A DNA stretch of 64,000 bases from positions 384,001-448,000 of the forward strand of contig CAWANH010000029.1 of assembly GCA_963783375.1 (NCBI GenBank), in the 5' to 3' direction. Under the pieces are notes generated by a model. It was not told the DNA's origin. It made no database searches and saw only the letters and a list, made by a program, of their open reading frames with translations. Of this stretch, positions 1 through 10,737 are shown one piece after another. A program made the position numbers and the translations under genes. The first letter of the stretch is position 1; every line of letters begins with the position of its first letter. Source of the DNA: Candidatus Eiseniibacteriota bacterium (GTDB taxonomy: Bacteria > Eisenbacteria > RBG-16-71-46 > JABDJR01).

Positions 1-300
1 TTCGTCGGCCCTCCCGGGGCCATCCGGCCGGCCCGGTTCGCGGCGGTGGTGAACGCCACTCCGCTGGGGGCGTCGGTCCCTCTGCCTCCGGAGCTTGCCG
101 GCGCGGACTGGTCCCGGACCGCGATCGTGGACCTGGCCTATGGCGGGACGACGACGGAACTGGAGACGGCGGCCCGCGCTCACCGCACCCGGTACCTCGG
201 CGGGCTCGATTTCCTGACCCGGCAGGCCGCGGGCCAGTTCCGGCGCTGGGTGCGACGGCGGGTGGAACCCGCGGTGTTCGCCGAGGGGATCGCCCGATGA
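1..300 (+). CDS. aroE: Shikimate dehydrogenase, C-terminal part (5' truncated by window edge)
   Basis: Motifs VNATPLG, DLAY and GLDFLTRQAAGQF match the AroE C-terminus; stop overlaps the trpE start (ATGA). Confidence 0.85.
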   Translation, partial: FVGPPGAIRPARFAAVVNATPLGASVPLPPELAGADWSRTAIVDLAYGGTTTELETAARAHRTRYLGGLDFLTRQAAGQFRRWVRRRVEPAVFAEGIAR

Positions 301-1790
301 GCCCCGGGCGCCCGCGCCCCGGCCGGGAGGAGTTCGCGGCGCGATCCGCGGTTTCCGCGGTGGTCCCGGTCACCCGGGAGATCACCGCCGACTGGTGGAC
401 CCCGGTGGCCGCCTTCCACCGGCTGGCCGCCGACGAACCGAACGTGTTCCTGCTGGAGAGCGTGGAAGGCGGGGAACGGGTGGGGCGCTATTCCTTCCTG
501 GGCCGGCGACCATTCCTGGTGGTGAAGGCGAGGGGAGACGCTCTCGTCATCGAGGGACGGGACGCCTCCCGCTTCCGGGGTCTCACCGGAGGGCCCCTCG
601 AGCGCCTGGGGGCGATATTCGACGCATACCGCGGGGTCCGGACGCCCGGGCTCCCGCCCTTCACCTCCGGCGCGGTGGGGTACTTCGGCTACGACACCGT
701 GCGATGGGTGGAGCGCCTCCCCGACCGGGCCAAGCCCCGGTCCCCCGAGGACGATCTCACCCTGATCTTCCTGGAGGACGTGGCGGTGTTCGACCACGTG
801 CGGCGGCGGCTCACCCTGGTGGCCAACGCCTGCCGCCGGGAAGGGGAGGACCCCGGTGTCGTCCATGACCGCGCCGCCGACCGGCTCGACGCCATGGAGC
901 GCGCGCTCTATGCGCCGGGGGCCCCGCCGGCCGACGGGCCGCCGGGCGAGGTTCTCCCCGAACCCGGGGCGAACCTGTCCCCGGAGGACTTCCGCGACCG
1001 GGTCCGGCGGGCCAAGGAGCACATCGTGGCCGGGGACGTGTTCCAGGTGGTCCTGAGCCAGCGCTTCACGGTGGAGAGCGCCGCCTCGGACCTGGAGCTG
1101 TATCGCGCGCTGCGCGCGGTGAACCCTTCCCCCTATATGTTTCTTCTCCGGCTGGAGGGCTGGAGCGCGGTGGGTTCGAGCCCGGAGCCGCTCCTCCAGG
1201 TGACCGGGGACCGGCTGCGCTACCGGCCCATCGCCGGCACCGCCCCGCGGAGCATGGATCCGGTGGAGGACGAGCGGCGCGCCGAGGCCCTGGCCGCGGA
1301 CCCCAAGGAGCGGGCGGAGCACGTCATGCTGGTGGATCTGGGGCGGAACGACCTGGGCCGGGTGGCGGAGACCGGCACGGTGCGGGTGGAGGAGCTGATG
1401 GTGGTGGAACGCTACTCCCACGTCATGCACCTGGTGAGCGGGCTCTCGGGACGCCTCCGTCCGGGGCTCGGGGCCCTCGACGCCCTGTACGCCTGCTTCC
1501 CGGCGGGGACGGTGAGCGGGGCGCCGAAGGTGCGGGCGATGGAGCTGATCGAGGAGCTGGAGCCCGATCGCCGGGGGATCTACGCGGGGGCGGTGGGCTA
1601 TCTCGATTTCTCCGGGAACCTCGACACCTGCATCGCGCTTCGGACCATGACGGTGCGCGACGGGCGGGTGAGCGTCCAGGCCGGGGCGGGGATCGTGGCC
1701 GACTCCGACCCCCAGCGGGAATTCGAGGAGACCGGGCACAAGGCCCGGGCGCTTCTGGAGGCGGTGCGCCTGGCCGGAGGGGCGCGATGA
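297..1790 (+). CDS. trpE: Anthranilate synthase component I
   Basis: LLESVEGGERVGRYSF, GDVFQVVLSQRF, NPSPYM, PIAGT, KERAEHVMLVDLGRND, FPAGTVSGAPKVRA, QAGAGIVADS; trp context. Confidence 0.95.
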   Translation: MSPGRPRPGREEFAARSAVSAVVPVTREITADWWTPVAAFHRLAADEPNVFLLESVEGGERVGRYSFLGRRPFLVVKARGDALVIEGRDASRFRGLTGGPLERLGAIFDAYRGVRTPGLPPFTSGAVGYFGYDTVRWVERLPDRAKPRSPEDDLTLIFLEDVAVFDHVRRRLTLVANACRREGEDPGVVHDRAADRLDAMERALYAPGAPPADGPPGEVLPEPGANLSPEDFRDRVRRAKEHIVAGDVFQVVLSQRFTVESAASDLELYRALRAVNPSPYMFLLRLEGWSAVGSSPEPLLQVTGDRLRYRPIAGTAPRSMDPVEDERRAEALAADPKERAEHVMLVDLGRNDLGRVAETGTVRVEELMVVERYSHVMHLVSGLSGRLRPGLGALDALYACFPAGTVSGAPKVRAMELIEELEPDRRGIYAGAVGYLDFSGNLDTCIALRTMTVRDGRVSVQAGAGIVADSDPQREFEETGHKARALLEAVRLAGGAR

Positions 1791-2424
1791 GACGCCCCTT
1801 CGTGAAGATCTGCGGCATCACCCGGGTGGATGACGCCCTGGCCGCGGTGGCCGCGGGCGCGGAGGCGGTGGGCTTCATCCTGGTTCCCGAAAGCCCCCGT
1901 CGGGTGACCCCGGAGCGCGCGGCGGAGATCGCCGCCGGCCTTCCCGACGGCGTGGCCCGGGTGGGGGTGACCGCGGATCTCGCCCCGGACGCGGTGCGGC
2001 GGCTGGCCGCGACAATCCGGCTCAGCGCGATCCAGGCCCACGGAAACGAATCCCCGGAGACCTGCCGGGAGTACGGCCTCCCGGTGGTGAAGGCGGTATC
2101 CGCCGGTGCGGGCTTCGATCCGGGGGTTCTCGAGCCCTATCGGGGCTTTTCGGTGCTCCTGGATGGGTATTCGCCCGCGGCCCGTGGGGGGACCGGCCGC
2201 CCCGCGGACTGGAGCGCGGCCCGGCGGGCGGTGGCGGGGGGGTTCCGGGTAATCCTCGCCGGGGGGCTCTCCCCGGAGAACATTCTTGCCGCGGTGGAGG
2301 CGGTGGGTCCGGCGGCGGTGGATCTGAACAGCGGGGTGGAGTCGGAGCCGGGAGTGAAGGATCCCGAACTCGTGCGGCGGGCGCTCGGGCGATTGGCCGG
2401 GCTGGCGCCGCCGGAGGAAGACAC

Positions 2425-2437
<13 letters not shown>
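1787..2437 (+). CDS. trpF: Phosphoribosylanthranilate isomerase
   Basis: [41 protein letters not shown]. Confidence 0.95.
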
Positions 2438-3622
<1,185 letters not shown>

Positions 3623-3630
<8 letters not shown>

Positions 3631-4405
3631 GCGGCTTCGCGCCCTTGCCGCGCGCGCGGGCGAACGCCCCCTGGTGATCCCGTACCTCACCGCGGGCTGG
3701 CCGCGGGCCGCGGAGACCGTCGACCTCCTCTCCGCCCTCGAGCGAGGGGGCGCCGACGCGGTGGAACTGGGTCTTCCCTTCAGCGATCCCCTGGCCGACG
3801 GTCCGGTGATCCAGGGCACCTCCCAGGCCGCGCTGGCCGCCGGCATCACTCACGCGGGGATCCTGGAATTGGCCGCCGCCTTTCGCGAACGCTCGGAGCT
3901 CCCTCTGGTGGTCATGGGCTACCTGAACCCGATCCTCTCCTTCGGACCCGACCGCTTCTTCCGCGAAGCGGCGCGGGCAGGGGTGGACGGTCTCATCGTT
4001 CCCGACCTCCCGCCCGAGGAGGCGGACGCGCTCCACGCCCCCGCCGCGGCGGCCGGGCTCTCCTGGATCTTTCTCGCCGCCCCCACCAGCTCCGACGACC
4101 GTCTCCGGCGGATCGACGCCCTCTCCACCGACTTCAACTACTGCGTCTCGGTGACCGGGGTCACCGGGGCCCGGGACGCGCTCCCCGCCGCGCTCTCCGC
4201 GTACCTGGCCCACGCCGCCCGGGTGATGACCAAGCCCTTCGTGGTGGGCTTCGGCATCTCCCGGCCCGAGCAGGTGCGCTCGGTGTGTCCTCCGGCCATG
4301 GGGGTGGTGGTGGGGAGCGCCCTCCTTCGCGCCCTGGGGGAGGAGCCCGATCCCGGCTCCCGCGTCCGCCGCGCCGAGGCGTTCGTGCGGGAGCTCCGGC
4401 GATGA
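3623..4405 (+). CDS. trpA: Tryptophan synthase alpha chain
   Basis: [43 protein letters not shown]. Confidence 0.97.
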
Positions 4406-5288
4406 GCCGGCCCGCCCCGCCGCGGGTCACGATCCTCGGCCTTGGGCTCATCGGAGGAAGCCTGGCCGGGGCGCTGGTGGGGCGGGGGTGGCCGGTGGCC
4501 GGTTGGGATCCCGACCCCGGGGCCCGCCGCCTCGCCGGGCGGCGGGGGGCGGCGTGCCGGTCGGCCAGCCTCGAGAGCGCGGCGGAGGGGGCGGACCTGG
4601 TGGTCCTTGCCGCCCCCCCGGGCGCCAACCTGGAACTTCTCGCCCGGCTCGCCGCGCGTCCCGGGAGCCAGGCGGTGACCGACACCGGAAGCGTGAAGAG
4701 GGAGATCGCCCGGCGGGGCCGCCGGCTCCTGGGGGATCGCTTCGTCCCCGGCCATCCCATGGCCGGGCGGACGCCGGGGGGGGCGGCCCAGGCCGATCCC
4801 GGGCTGTTCATGGAAGCGGGCTGGTTCGTGTGCGGAGGGGGGGCGGGCCCCCGTAAGCGGGTGGAGGCCATGGCGCGGGCGGTGGGGGCGTGTCCGCTCC
4901 GGGCGACCCCCGTCCGGCACGACCGGATGATGGCCCGGGTGAGCCACGTTCCCCAGATCCTGGCCTCGCTCCTGGTGGGGGACCTGGCCGCCCGCGACCC
5001 CGAGGCTCTGGCCTCGGCCGGGCCGGGGTTTCGGGGATGGGCCCGGCTGGCCGCGTCCCCCCCGAGCTCTGGATGGAGATCCTTGCCGCCAACGCGGGGC
5101 CGGTGCGCGCGGAGATCGCGCGCCTGGAACGCGCCCTGGCCGGCTTGCGCTCCGAGTGGGAGCGGACGGACAATGCTCCGCTCCGGGTTCTGGAGCGGGG
5201 CGGGCGCGGTCACGACATGCTGGAACGGAAACCCGGCCGGCGGACCCCTGGATCCGCCAGGAGGAGACAGCGATGCTCATCGTCATGA
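4402..5288 (+). pseudogene. tyrA: Prephenate/arogenate dehydrogenase with a 1-nt frameshift in a C7 run (5057-5063); may be a sequencing error
   Basis: ATGA-coupled to trpA; GLGLIGGSLA, TDTGSVK, GHPMAG, HDRMMARVSHVPQ, GPGFR. The expected continuation PELWMEILAAN lies in the -1 frame after 5063. Confidence 0.8.
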
Positions 5289-6310
5289 AAAAAGGGGCCA
5301 CCGACCGGGAGATCGAGCAGGTGGTGGAAACCATCCGGGGCCTCGGTCTCACTCCCCACCCCATCCCCGGGGAGCAGCGGACCGCCATCGGCATCACCGG
5401 CAACAAGGGGAGCCTGGACCCCAACCAGCTGGAGTCCCTGCCCGGGGTGATGGAGGCCATCCCGGTCTCCAAGCCCTTCAAGCAGGTGAGTCGGGAATGG
5501 CGGGAGGAGAACACGGTGGTGGACGTGGGAGGGGTGAAGTTCGGGGGGCGGGCCCTGGCGATCATCGCCGGCCCCTGTTCGGTGGAATCCTATGAGCAGA
5601 CCCTGACCGTGGCCCGGGCGGTCAAGGAGGCGGGGGCGCACATCCTGCGCGGGGGGGCGTTCAAGCCCCGCACGTCGCCCTACTCCTTTCAGGGCCTGGG
5701 TGAGGAGGGGCTCCGGATTCTCGACCGGGTGCGGAAAGAGGTGGGGATCCCGGTGGTGACCGAGGCCCTGGACACCGATGGGGTGGACCTGGTCGAGCGG
5801 TACGCCGACATGATCCAGATCGGAGCCCGGAACATGCAGAACTTCTCGCTCCTGAAGCGGGCGGGGAGGTCCCGGCTCCCCGTCCTCCTCAAGCGGGGGA
5901 TGAGCGCCACCATCGACGAGCTGCTCCTGGCCGCGGAGTACGTGGTGAGCGAGGGGAACCCCAACGTGGTCCTCTGCGAGCGCGGGGTCCGCACCTTCGC
6001 CGACCATACCCGGAACACCCTCGATCTCTCGGCCATCCCGGCCGTCCAGCGGCTCAGCCACCTCCCCATCATCGCCGACCCCAGCCACGGGACCGGCAAG
6101 CGGGAGAAGGTGGTGCCCATGGCCCGGGCGGCCATCGCGGCGGGGGCGGACGGCCTGATCATCGAGGTCCATCACCGGCCGGAGACCGCGCTCTCCGACG
6201 GGTACCAGGCCCTGGTCCCGGATATGTTCGCGGAGCTGATGGGGCAGGTCGCCCGGCTGGCCCCGGTGGTGGGGCGGGAGCTTCCCGAGGCCCCGGAGCC
6301 GGTGAAATGA
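5273..6310 (+). CDS. aroF: 3-deoxy-7-phosphoheptulonate (DAHP) synthase, type I-beta, with N-terminal regulatory domain
   Basis: GGAG RBS then MLIVMK; IAGPCSVES, RGGAFKPRTSPYSFQG, IGARNMQNF, DPSHGTG. Confidence 0.95.
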   Translation: MLIVMKKGATDREIEQVVETIRGLGLTPHPIPGEQRTAIGITGNKGSLDPNQLESLPGVMEAIPVSKPFKQVSREWREENTVVDVGGVKFGGRALAIIAGPCSVESYEQTLTVARAVKEAGAHILRGGAFKPRTSPYSFQGLGEEGLRILDRVRKEVGIPVVTEALDTDGVDLVERYADMIQIGARNMQNFSLLKRAGRSRLPVLLKRGMSATIDELLLAAEYVVSEGNPNVVLCERGVRTFADHTRNTLDLSAIPAVQRLSHLPIIADPSHGTGKREKVVPMARAAIAAGADGLIIEVHHRPETALSDGYQALVPDMFAELMGQVARLAPVVGRELPEAPEPVK

Positions 6311-6408
6311 GAGGCCGGGTGGGGTTCCCGGTGGACGCCGCCCCGCTTCTCCGCCTACACTGATCGCTGCTCGTTCCCCGACGCGAACACCCTGCAGACG
6401 GTCTATCC

Positions 6409-7131
6409 GTGAATATCAGCGCCCTCAAAACCGGAAGCAAGATCAACGGACGCTATGTGGTCAAGGGCCGCATCGGCGTGGGTTGGGAAGGCGTCACCTA
6501 CCAGGTCAAGGACCGCCTCGACGGCCGGCTCAAGGCCATCAAGTTCATCACCAACGTCAAGCGCCGGAAATCCATCCTCAACCAGGCCCGGGTGCTGGTC
6601 CGCCTGCATCATCCCAACATCATCAACTACTACAACGTGGACCGGGTGGAGATCGCGGGGGAGAGCCATTACTTCCTCCTGGTGGAATACCTGCAGGGCC
6701 CGCGGCTCTCCCAGGTGATCCGGCGGCACTTTCGCCGCTCCGATCAGGCTCCGCTCTTCTTCGGGCTCCGGATCTTCTACCAGATCTGCCGCGGTATGGC
6801 CTACGTCCACGACCAGCGGATTCTCCACGACGACCTCCACACCGACAACATCATCCTCACCGGGGACGCGGAATCACCCACCCCCAAGCTCTTCGATTTC
6901 TGGGGAAGCCGGGGGGGGAACAGCTCCGATCGCCGGGCCTTCGATCTTCGCAGCGCCGGACAGGTGCTGTTCGAGATCATGACCGGGCACGAGGACTACG
7001 ACCGCGCGGAGCTGGAGTGGCTTCCCCGGGGGGTGGCCCGGATCATCCGGCGCGCCCACGGCCGGATCCATACCTACCACACCTTCCACGAGATCCTCGA
7101 GGACCTGGAGCAGCTTCGGGCCTGGGACTGA
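6409..7131 (+). CDS. Atypical, short Ser/Thr protein kinase-like protein
   Basis: Gly-loop IGVGWEG, AIK, HPNII, GMAYVH, catalytic-loop-like HDDLHTDN, DFW; putative promoter TGGACG-18-TACACT at 6332-6361. Confidence 0.75.
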   Translation: MNISALKTGSKINGRYVVKGRIGVGWEGVTYQVKDRLDGRLKAIKFITNVKRRKSILNQARVLVRLHHPNIINYYNVDRVEIAGESHYFLLVEYLQGPRLSQVIRRHFRRSDQAPLFFGLRIFYQICRGMAYVHDQRILHDDLHTDNIILTGDAESPTPKLFDFWGSRGGNSSDRRAFDLRSAGQVLFEIMTGHEDYDRAELEWLPRGVARIIRRAHGRIHTYHTFHEILEDLEQLRAWD

Positions 7132-7144
7132 CCGCCCCCGGCGC

Positions 7145-7849
7145 TCAGTCGTGGTACTTCATCTCCCCCGCGGTCACCGCCAGGGGCACCCGGTTTTCCG
7201 GAGGCACCAGGGGACAGGCCCACCGGTCGTTGTAGGCGCAGTAGGGGTTGTAGGCGGTGTTGAAGTCCACCACCACCTTCCCGTCCGGCCCGGACTCCAC
7301 GTAGACGTAACGGCCCACCCCGTAGGTTTCCCGCCCGGTGGTGGCGTCCTGGAAGGGAAGGAAGAGCGAGGGGTCCTCGCCGGATCGGAACACGGTCAGG
7401 GTGAAGGGGATGTCCTGGCGGACCAGGCGCACCCGGAACGCCACCCGGTAGGGACGAACGTTTCCCATGGTGTCCATCAGGGTGTCGGGGGCACCGGCCG
7501 CGGACCGGTCGGGATCGACCACGAACCGGAAGGACGGATCGACGGGAAAGTAGTGGAGCCCCCGGAACGCCGCCCGCTGGTCCGGGGTGAGAGGGGAACC
7601 CGGCTCCCCGAAGTAGGCGTCCTTGGCTGCGCGATGGGCGAGAAGGGTGTCCGCCCACCCGGTAGGGGGAGGCGGAGCCTCGCTCCGGGGGGATCCGCCG
7701 CAGGCGCCGAGCCCCCCGGCGAGGAGGAGAAAGCCGAGGGCCCGGACGACCCGGGCCCCGGCGCGATGCCGCGCCGGGCGCGGCCGAATTCGGTTTCCGA
7801 GCGCGGAGATCAGGGAGTCTCCCCGGCCTGGCGCTCGCGGTCTTCCCAC
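7145..7849 (-). CDS. DUF1684-family protein, probable lipoprotein (start uncertain)
   Basis: F.GL.YFP.DP, LFLPF.D.T.G.ETYG.GRY, VDFN.AYNPYCAYN..W.CPL.P.EN; lipobox LGAC. Confidence 0.85.
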   Translation of the reverse strand: MGRPRAPGRGDSLISALGNRIRPRPARHRAGARVVRALGFLLLAGGLGACGGSPRSEAPPPPTGWADTLLAHRAAKDAYFGEPGSPLTPDQRAAFRGLHYFPVDPSFRFVVDPDRSAAGAPDTLMDTMGNVRPYRVAFRVRLVRQDIPFTLTVFRSGEDPSLFLPFQDATTGRETYGVGRYVYVESGPDGKVVVDFNTAYNPYCAYNDRWACPLVPPENRVPLAVTAGEMKYHD

Positions 7850-8376
7850 TTGCCGATGATGGACTGGTACCAGGGGCGGCTGTCGAAGCGGTTGGCGAAC
7901 ACGCGGTTGATGGAATCCTGCTCGGACGCCACGAACTTCACGAACGCGGTGTGCTTGTTGAGCGTCTTGTTCATGTCCGCGAGCTGGGCATCGAGCTTCT
8001 GGTCCAGCTTCTGGGTCTCCTGGGCGAACTGGTCCGTCACGTCCTGCTGGAACTGCTTCTGGCTCTCGGCGATGGATTGGAACCGGGTGTTCACCTCGCT
8101 GATGATCTCCAACTTCACCTCTTCGGGCCGATTGGCGTAGGTGGCGAGCCGGTCGGAGAGAGCCGTATTCTCATTGGTGAGATCGTCCACCTTGGTGGTC
8201 AAGGAGTTCAGCTTCCGGTTCAGGAACTCGTTCTGCTGCTTGAGCAGGTCGAGCTGCTTCTTGGTGCTGCTCTTCAGATTGACCAGCTCCGCCTGCATTT
8301 CCCGGTTGGCCTGGCAGCCGGAGAGGGCTGCCCCCACCCCCAGGATGGCGATGATGGTTAGCGAGCGCAGTCTCAT
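7810..8376 (-). CDS. Coiled-coil lipoprotein of unknown function
   Basis: Signal peptide with lipobox LSGC, heptad-rich Q/K/L helix, typical GC3 bias, AAGGGGG RBS. Confidence 0.75.
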   Translation of the reverse strand: MRLRSLTIIAILGVGAALSGCQANREMQAELVNLKSSTKKQLDLLKQQNEFLNRKLNSLTTKVDDLTNENTALSDRLATYANRPEEVKLEIISEVNTRFQSIAESQKQFQQDVTDQFAQETQKLDQKLDAQLADMNKTLNKHTAFVKFVASEQDSINRVFANRFDSRPWYQSIIGKWEDRERQAGETP

Positions 8377-8649
8377 GGAACCCAGTCCCCCTTATATGGC
8401 GGTTGACGCATCCGGAACTTCTGCCGAGAGGCACCCCCTGCCCGATCCCGGCGCGCGATACCCGTTCGAGGGCGGAGATCCGCGGCTCGGAACCGTATCG
8501 CTTCGACGAAACCTTGCTGGTGAATGCCGGGATGCTCGAAGTGCCCGAGGGCGCCTCGTTGACTTCCTGAGGAGGGTATGCCGCGGCACGGCAACAAGGT
8601 GTTCAAGCCCTTACCGCCGCACTGCTTGGCCACGGCGGATGATCGACGC

Positions 8650-8678
8650 AGTCTAGGCGAGGACTCAACGGCTGTCAA
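8650..8678 (-). promoter_or_regulatory. sigma70-type promoter TTGACA-17-TAGACT
   Basis: Minus-strand -35 at 8673-8678 (overlaps the upstream stop codon), -10 at 8650-8655, 17-nt spacer. Confidence 0.7.
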
Positions 8679-10729
8679 GGCAACCGACTGCGGGCCAGGG
8701 CCAGGGCCCGCCGGACCCCGGCGGCGGAAGCGGAGTCCGGGGCGGCGGCGAGCGCCCGGGATAGGTCGTCCAGCGCCGCCTCGCGCTTCCCTTCCTCGGC
8801 CGAGAGGAGGCCGCGATTGAAGCGCGCCTTGAAACTTCCGGGATCCAGATCGATTGCGCGATCCCACGCGGAGCGTCCCCCGGCCCGATCCCCGGCCAGC
8901 CGGCGGAACCGCCCCAGGCTGTTCCATACCTCCGGGTCCCGGCTCCCCGCCCGCGCCGCCCGCTCCAGGTCCTCCCGCGCGGCGCCGGTTCGGCCCAGGG
9001 TCTCGAGGAGGAGGCCCAGCCGACCCCAGAGCTCCGGATTCTCGGGGAAGTCGGCGGCGGCGGCCTGGAGCCGGCTCACCGCCTCCTCCTTCCGGCCCAT
9101 CCGCTCGAGAATCCGCCCCCACGCGGCCTGGACCTCCCAGGATTTCGGGAGGCGGCCGGCCGCGCGTTCCACTCCGGCCAAGGCGCGAGGGAGGTCTCCC
9201 TCCCGTTCCGCGGCCACCGCCAGGCCCAGCTCCGCCCGTCCCTCCCCGGGATCCAGGTCGAGGGCGCGCCGGTAGGCCGCCTCCGCCTCCGCCGGACGCC
9301 CGGCGTTGAGCGCGGCCTCGCCGCGGGCCAGGGCGTCCCGCGCCGGGTCCTCGCGGACCGCGCCCGGCCAGGGGGCGTTCAGGACGAGATAGAGAACCGC
9401 GAAGGCCGTCCATCGTCCCGGGTTCCGGCCGGCGAAGAGCGCGGCGGTTCCCGCACCGGCCAGGAGGGCCAGCGGGGCCAGGGTGGGGACCCGGAACCGG
9501 GCGCAGACGAAGAAGAACACCATGGGAAGCAGGACGGTCACGAAGGCCAGGAGGACCGGTCGCCATCGCCGGCGGCGCCGCACCGACCACGCCCCCACCA
9601 GGGCCAGCGGGAAGAGAAGCCCGCTCGGCCAGTAGGCCATCGGCAGCTTCCAGAGGATCGCGCCCAGCCACGGCACGTCCCGACGCCCCTCGTAGATGGA
9701 TCGGTTGTTCGGGGTCTCGAAACCGTGGAAGAGGTACAGGGCCTTGGCCGCGGTCGTCCGAAGCGCGGGGCCGGGATGTTCCCGCCAGAAAGCGAGCGCC
9801 TTCCGGCTCCACCACGCGGAGGCCTCGGACGGGGTGGCGGAATGGCCCACCGCGGCGGAGGCCGCGCGCACCGAGGCGTCGGCGAAATCCCGCCATCCCC
9901 CCACCGGTCCCAGGGCGGGGGCGCTCACCCCGCGCCCGTCCGCCCCCGGGTGGTTTCCCACGTAGAGGTTGACGCCCCCCTGGGTCGAGGGGAAACGGAG
10001 CCCGGCCCCGTGGGCGGCCATGATGAGCGCCGGCCCCGTCCAGATCAGCGCGGCCACCAGGATGGGGGCAGCCGCGCGCCACGCGCGACCGCGTCGGGCG
10101 CCGAGGCCGAGAAACGAGGCTCCGAGGGGAAGGAGGGCCAGGGGAGCCCGGGCCAGAGCCGCCGCCGCCCAGAGCGCGGACGCCCCGAGCCACGCCCCGC
10201 GGCCGGGGTCGGCGGAGGAACGGTACGAGGCCTCGGGGGGCGGGGCGGGAGCCAGGGCCAGGACCATACCCCACGCGGTGAGCGCGGCGGCCAGGGGCGC
10301 GCCCAGAAGCTCCCCTTCCAGGAACAGCTCGGGAGCGTAGAGCGCGGCGGCCAACCCCAGGATCCATCGTCCCCGGCGGGCGAAGCCCAGGCGGAAGGCG
10401 GCGACCCCGACCGCCACCGCGGTGAGGCTTCCCAGGCCCGCCCCCAGGATCCGACCCGGCCACGGGCCCGCTCCGAACGTCGCGTAGAGAACGCCGAGGA
10501 GCCAGGGGAAGAGGGGGGGGCGGAAGTAGGGCGCGCCGGCGGCCAGCTCCCCGGAGGCGAAGGCGCGAGCCAGGCGGTCGTGAAACGCGGAGTCCAGGAT
10601 GGGGGCGGCAAAGAAGGGGCTCGTCCGGTAGAAAGCCAGGTAGGCCACCCGCGCGGCGAGGGCGATCCCGAACAGCAGGGCCGCCTCCGAATAGGGGAAG
10701 GACGGTGGGGTGGCCTCGCGGCGATTCAT
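8675..10729 (-). CDS. ArnT/PMT-like (GT-C) multi-pass membrane glycosyltransferase with C-terminal TPR repeats
   Basis: About 11 hydrophobic segments, first-loop LDSAFHD, FRPPLFP, QGGVNLYVGN, then TPRs (A.AAYRRALDLDP). ATG at 10729; the longer ORF overlaps the dehydrogenase gene. Confidence 0.8.
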   Translation of the reverse strand: MNRREATPPSFPYSEAALLFGIALAARVAYLAFYRTSPFFAAPILDSAFHDRLARAFASGELAAGAPYFRPPLFPWLLGVLYATFGAGPWPGRILGAGLGSLTAVAVGVAAFRLGFARRGRWILGLAAALYAPELFLEGELLGAPLAAALTAWGMVLALAPAPPPEASYRSSADPGRGAWLGASALWAAAALARAPLALLPLGASFLGLGARRGRAWRAAAPILVAALIWTGPALIMAAHGAGLRFPSTQGGVNLYVGNHPGADGRGVSAPALGPVGGWRDFADASVRAASAAVGHSATPSEASAWWSRKALAFWREHPGPALRTTAAKALYLFHGFETPNNRSIYEGRRDVPWLGAILWKLPMAYWPSGLLFPLALVGAWSVRRRRRWRPVLLAFVTVLLPMVFFFVCARFRVPTLAPLALLAGAGTAALFAGRNPGRWTAFAVLYLVLNAPWPGAVREDPARDALARGEAALNAGRPAEAEAAYRRALDLDPGEGRAELGLAVAAEREGDLPRALAGVERAAGRLPKSWEVQAAWGRILERMGRKEEAVSRLQAAAADFPENPELWGRLGLLLETLGRTGAAREDLERAARAGSRDPEVWNSLGRFRRLAGDRAGGRSAWDRAIDLDPGSFKARFNRGLLSAEEGKREAALDDLSRALAAAPDSASAAGVRRALALARSRLP

Positions 10730-10737
10730 GGGGCGGC

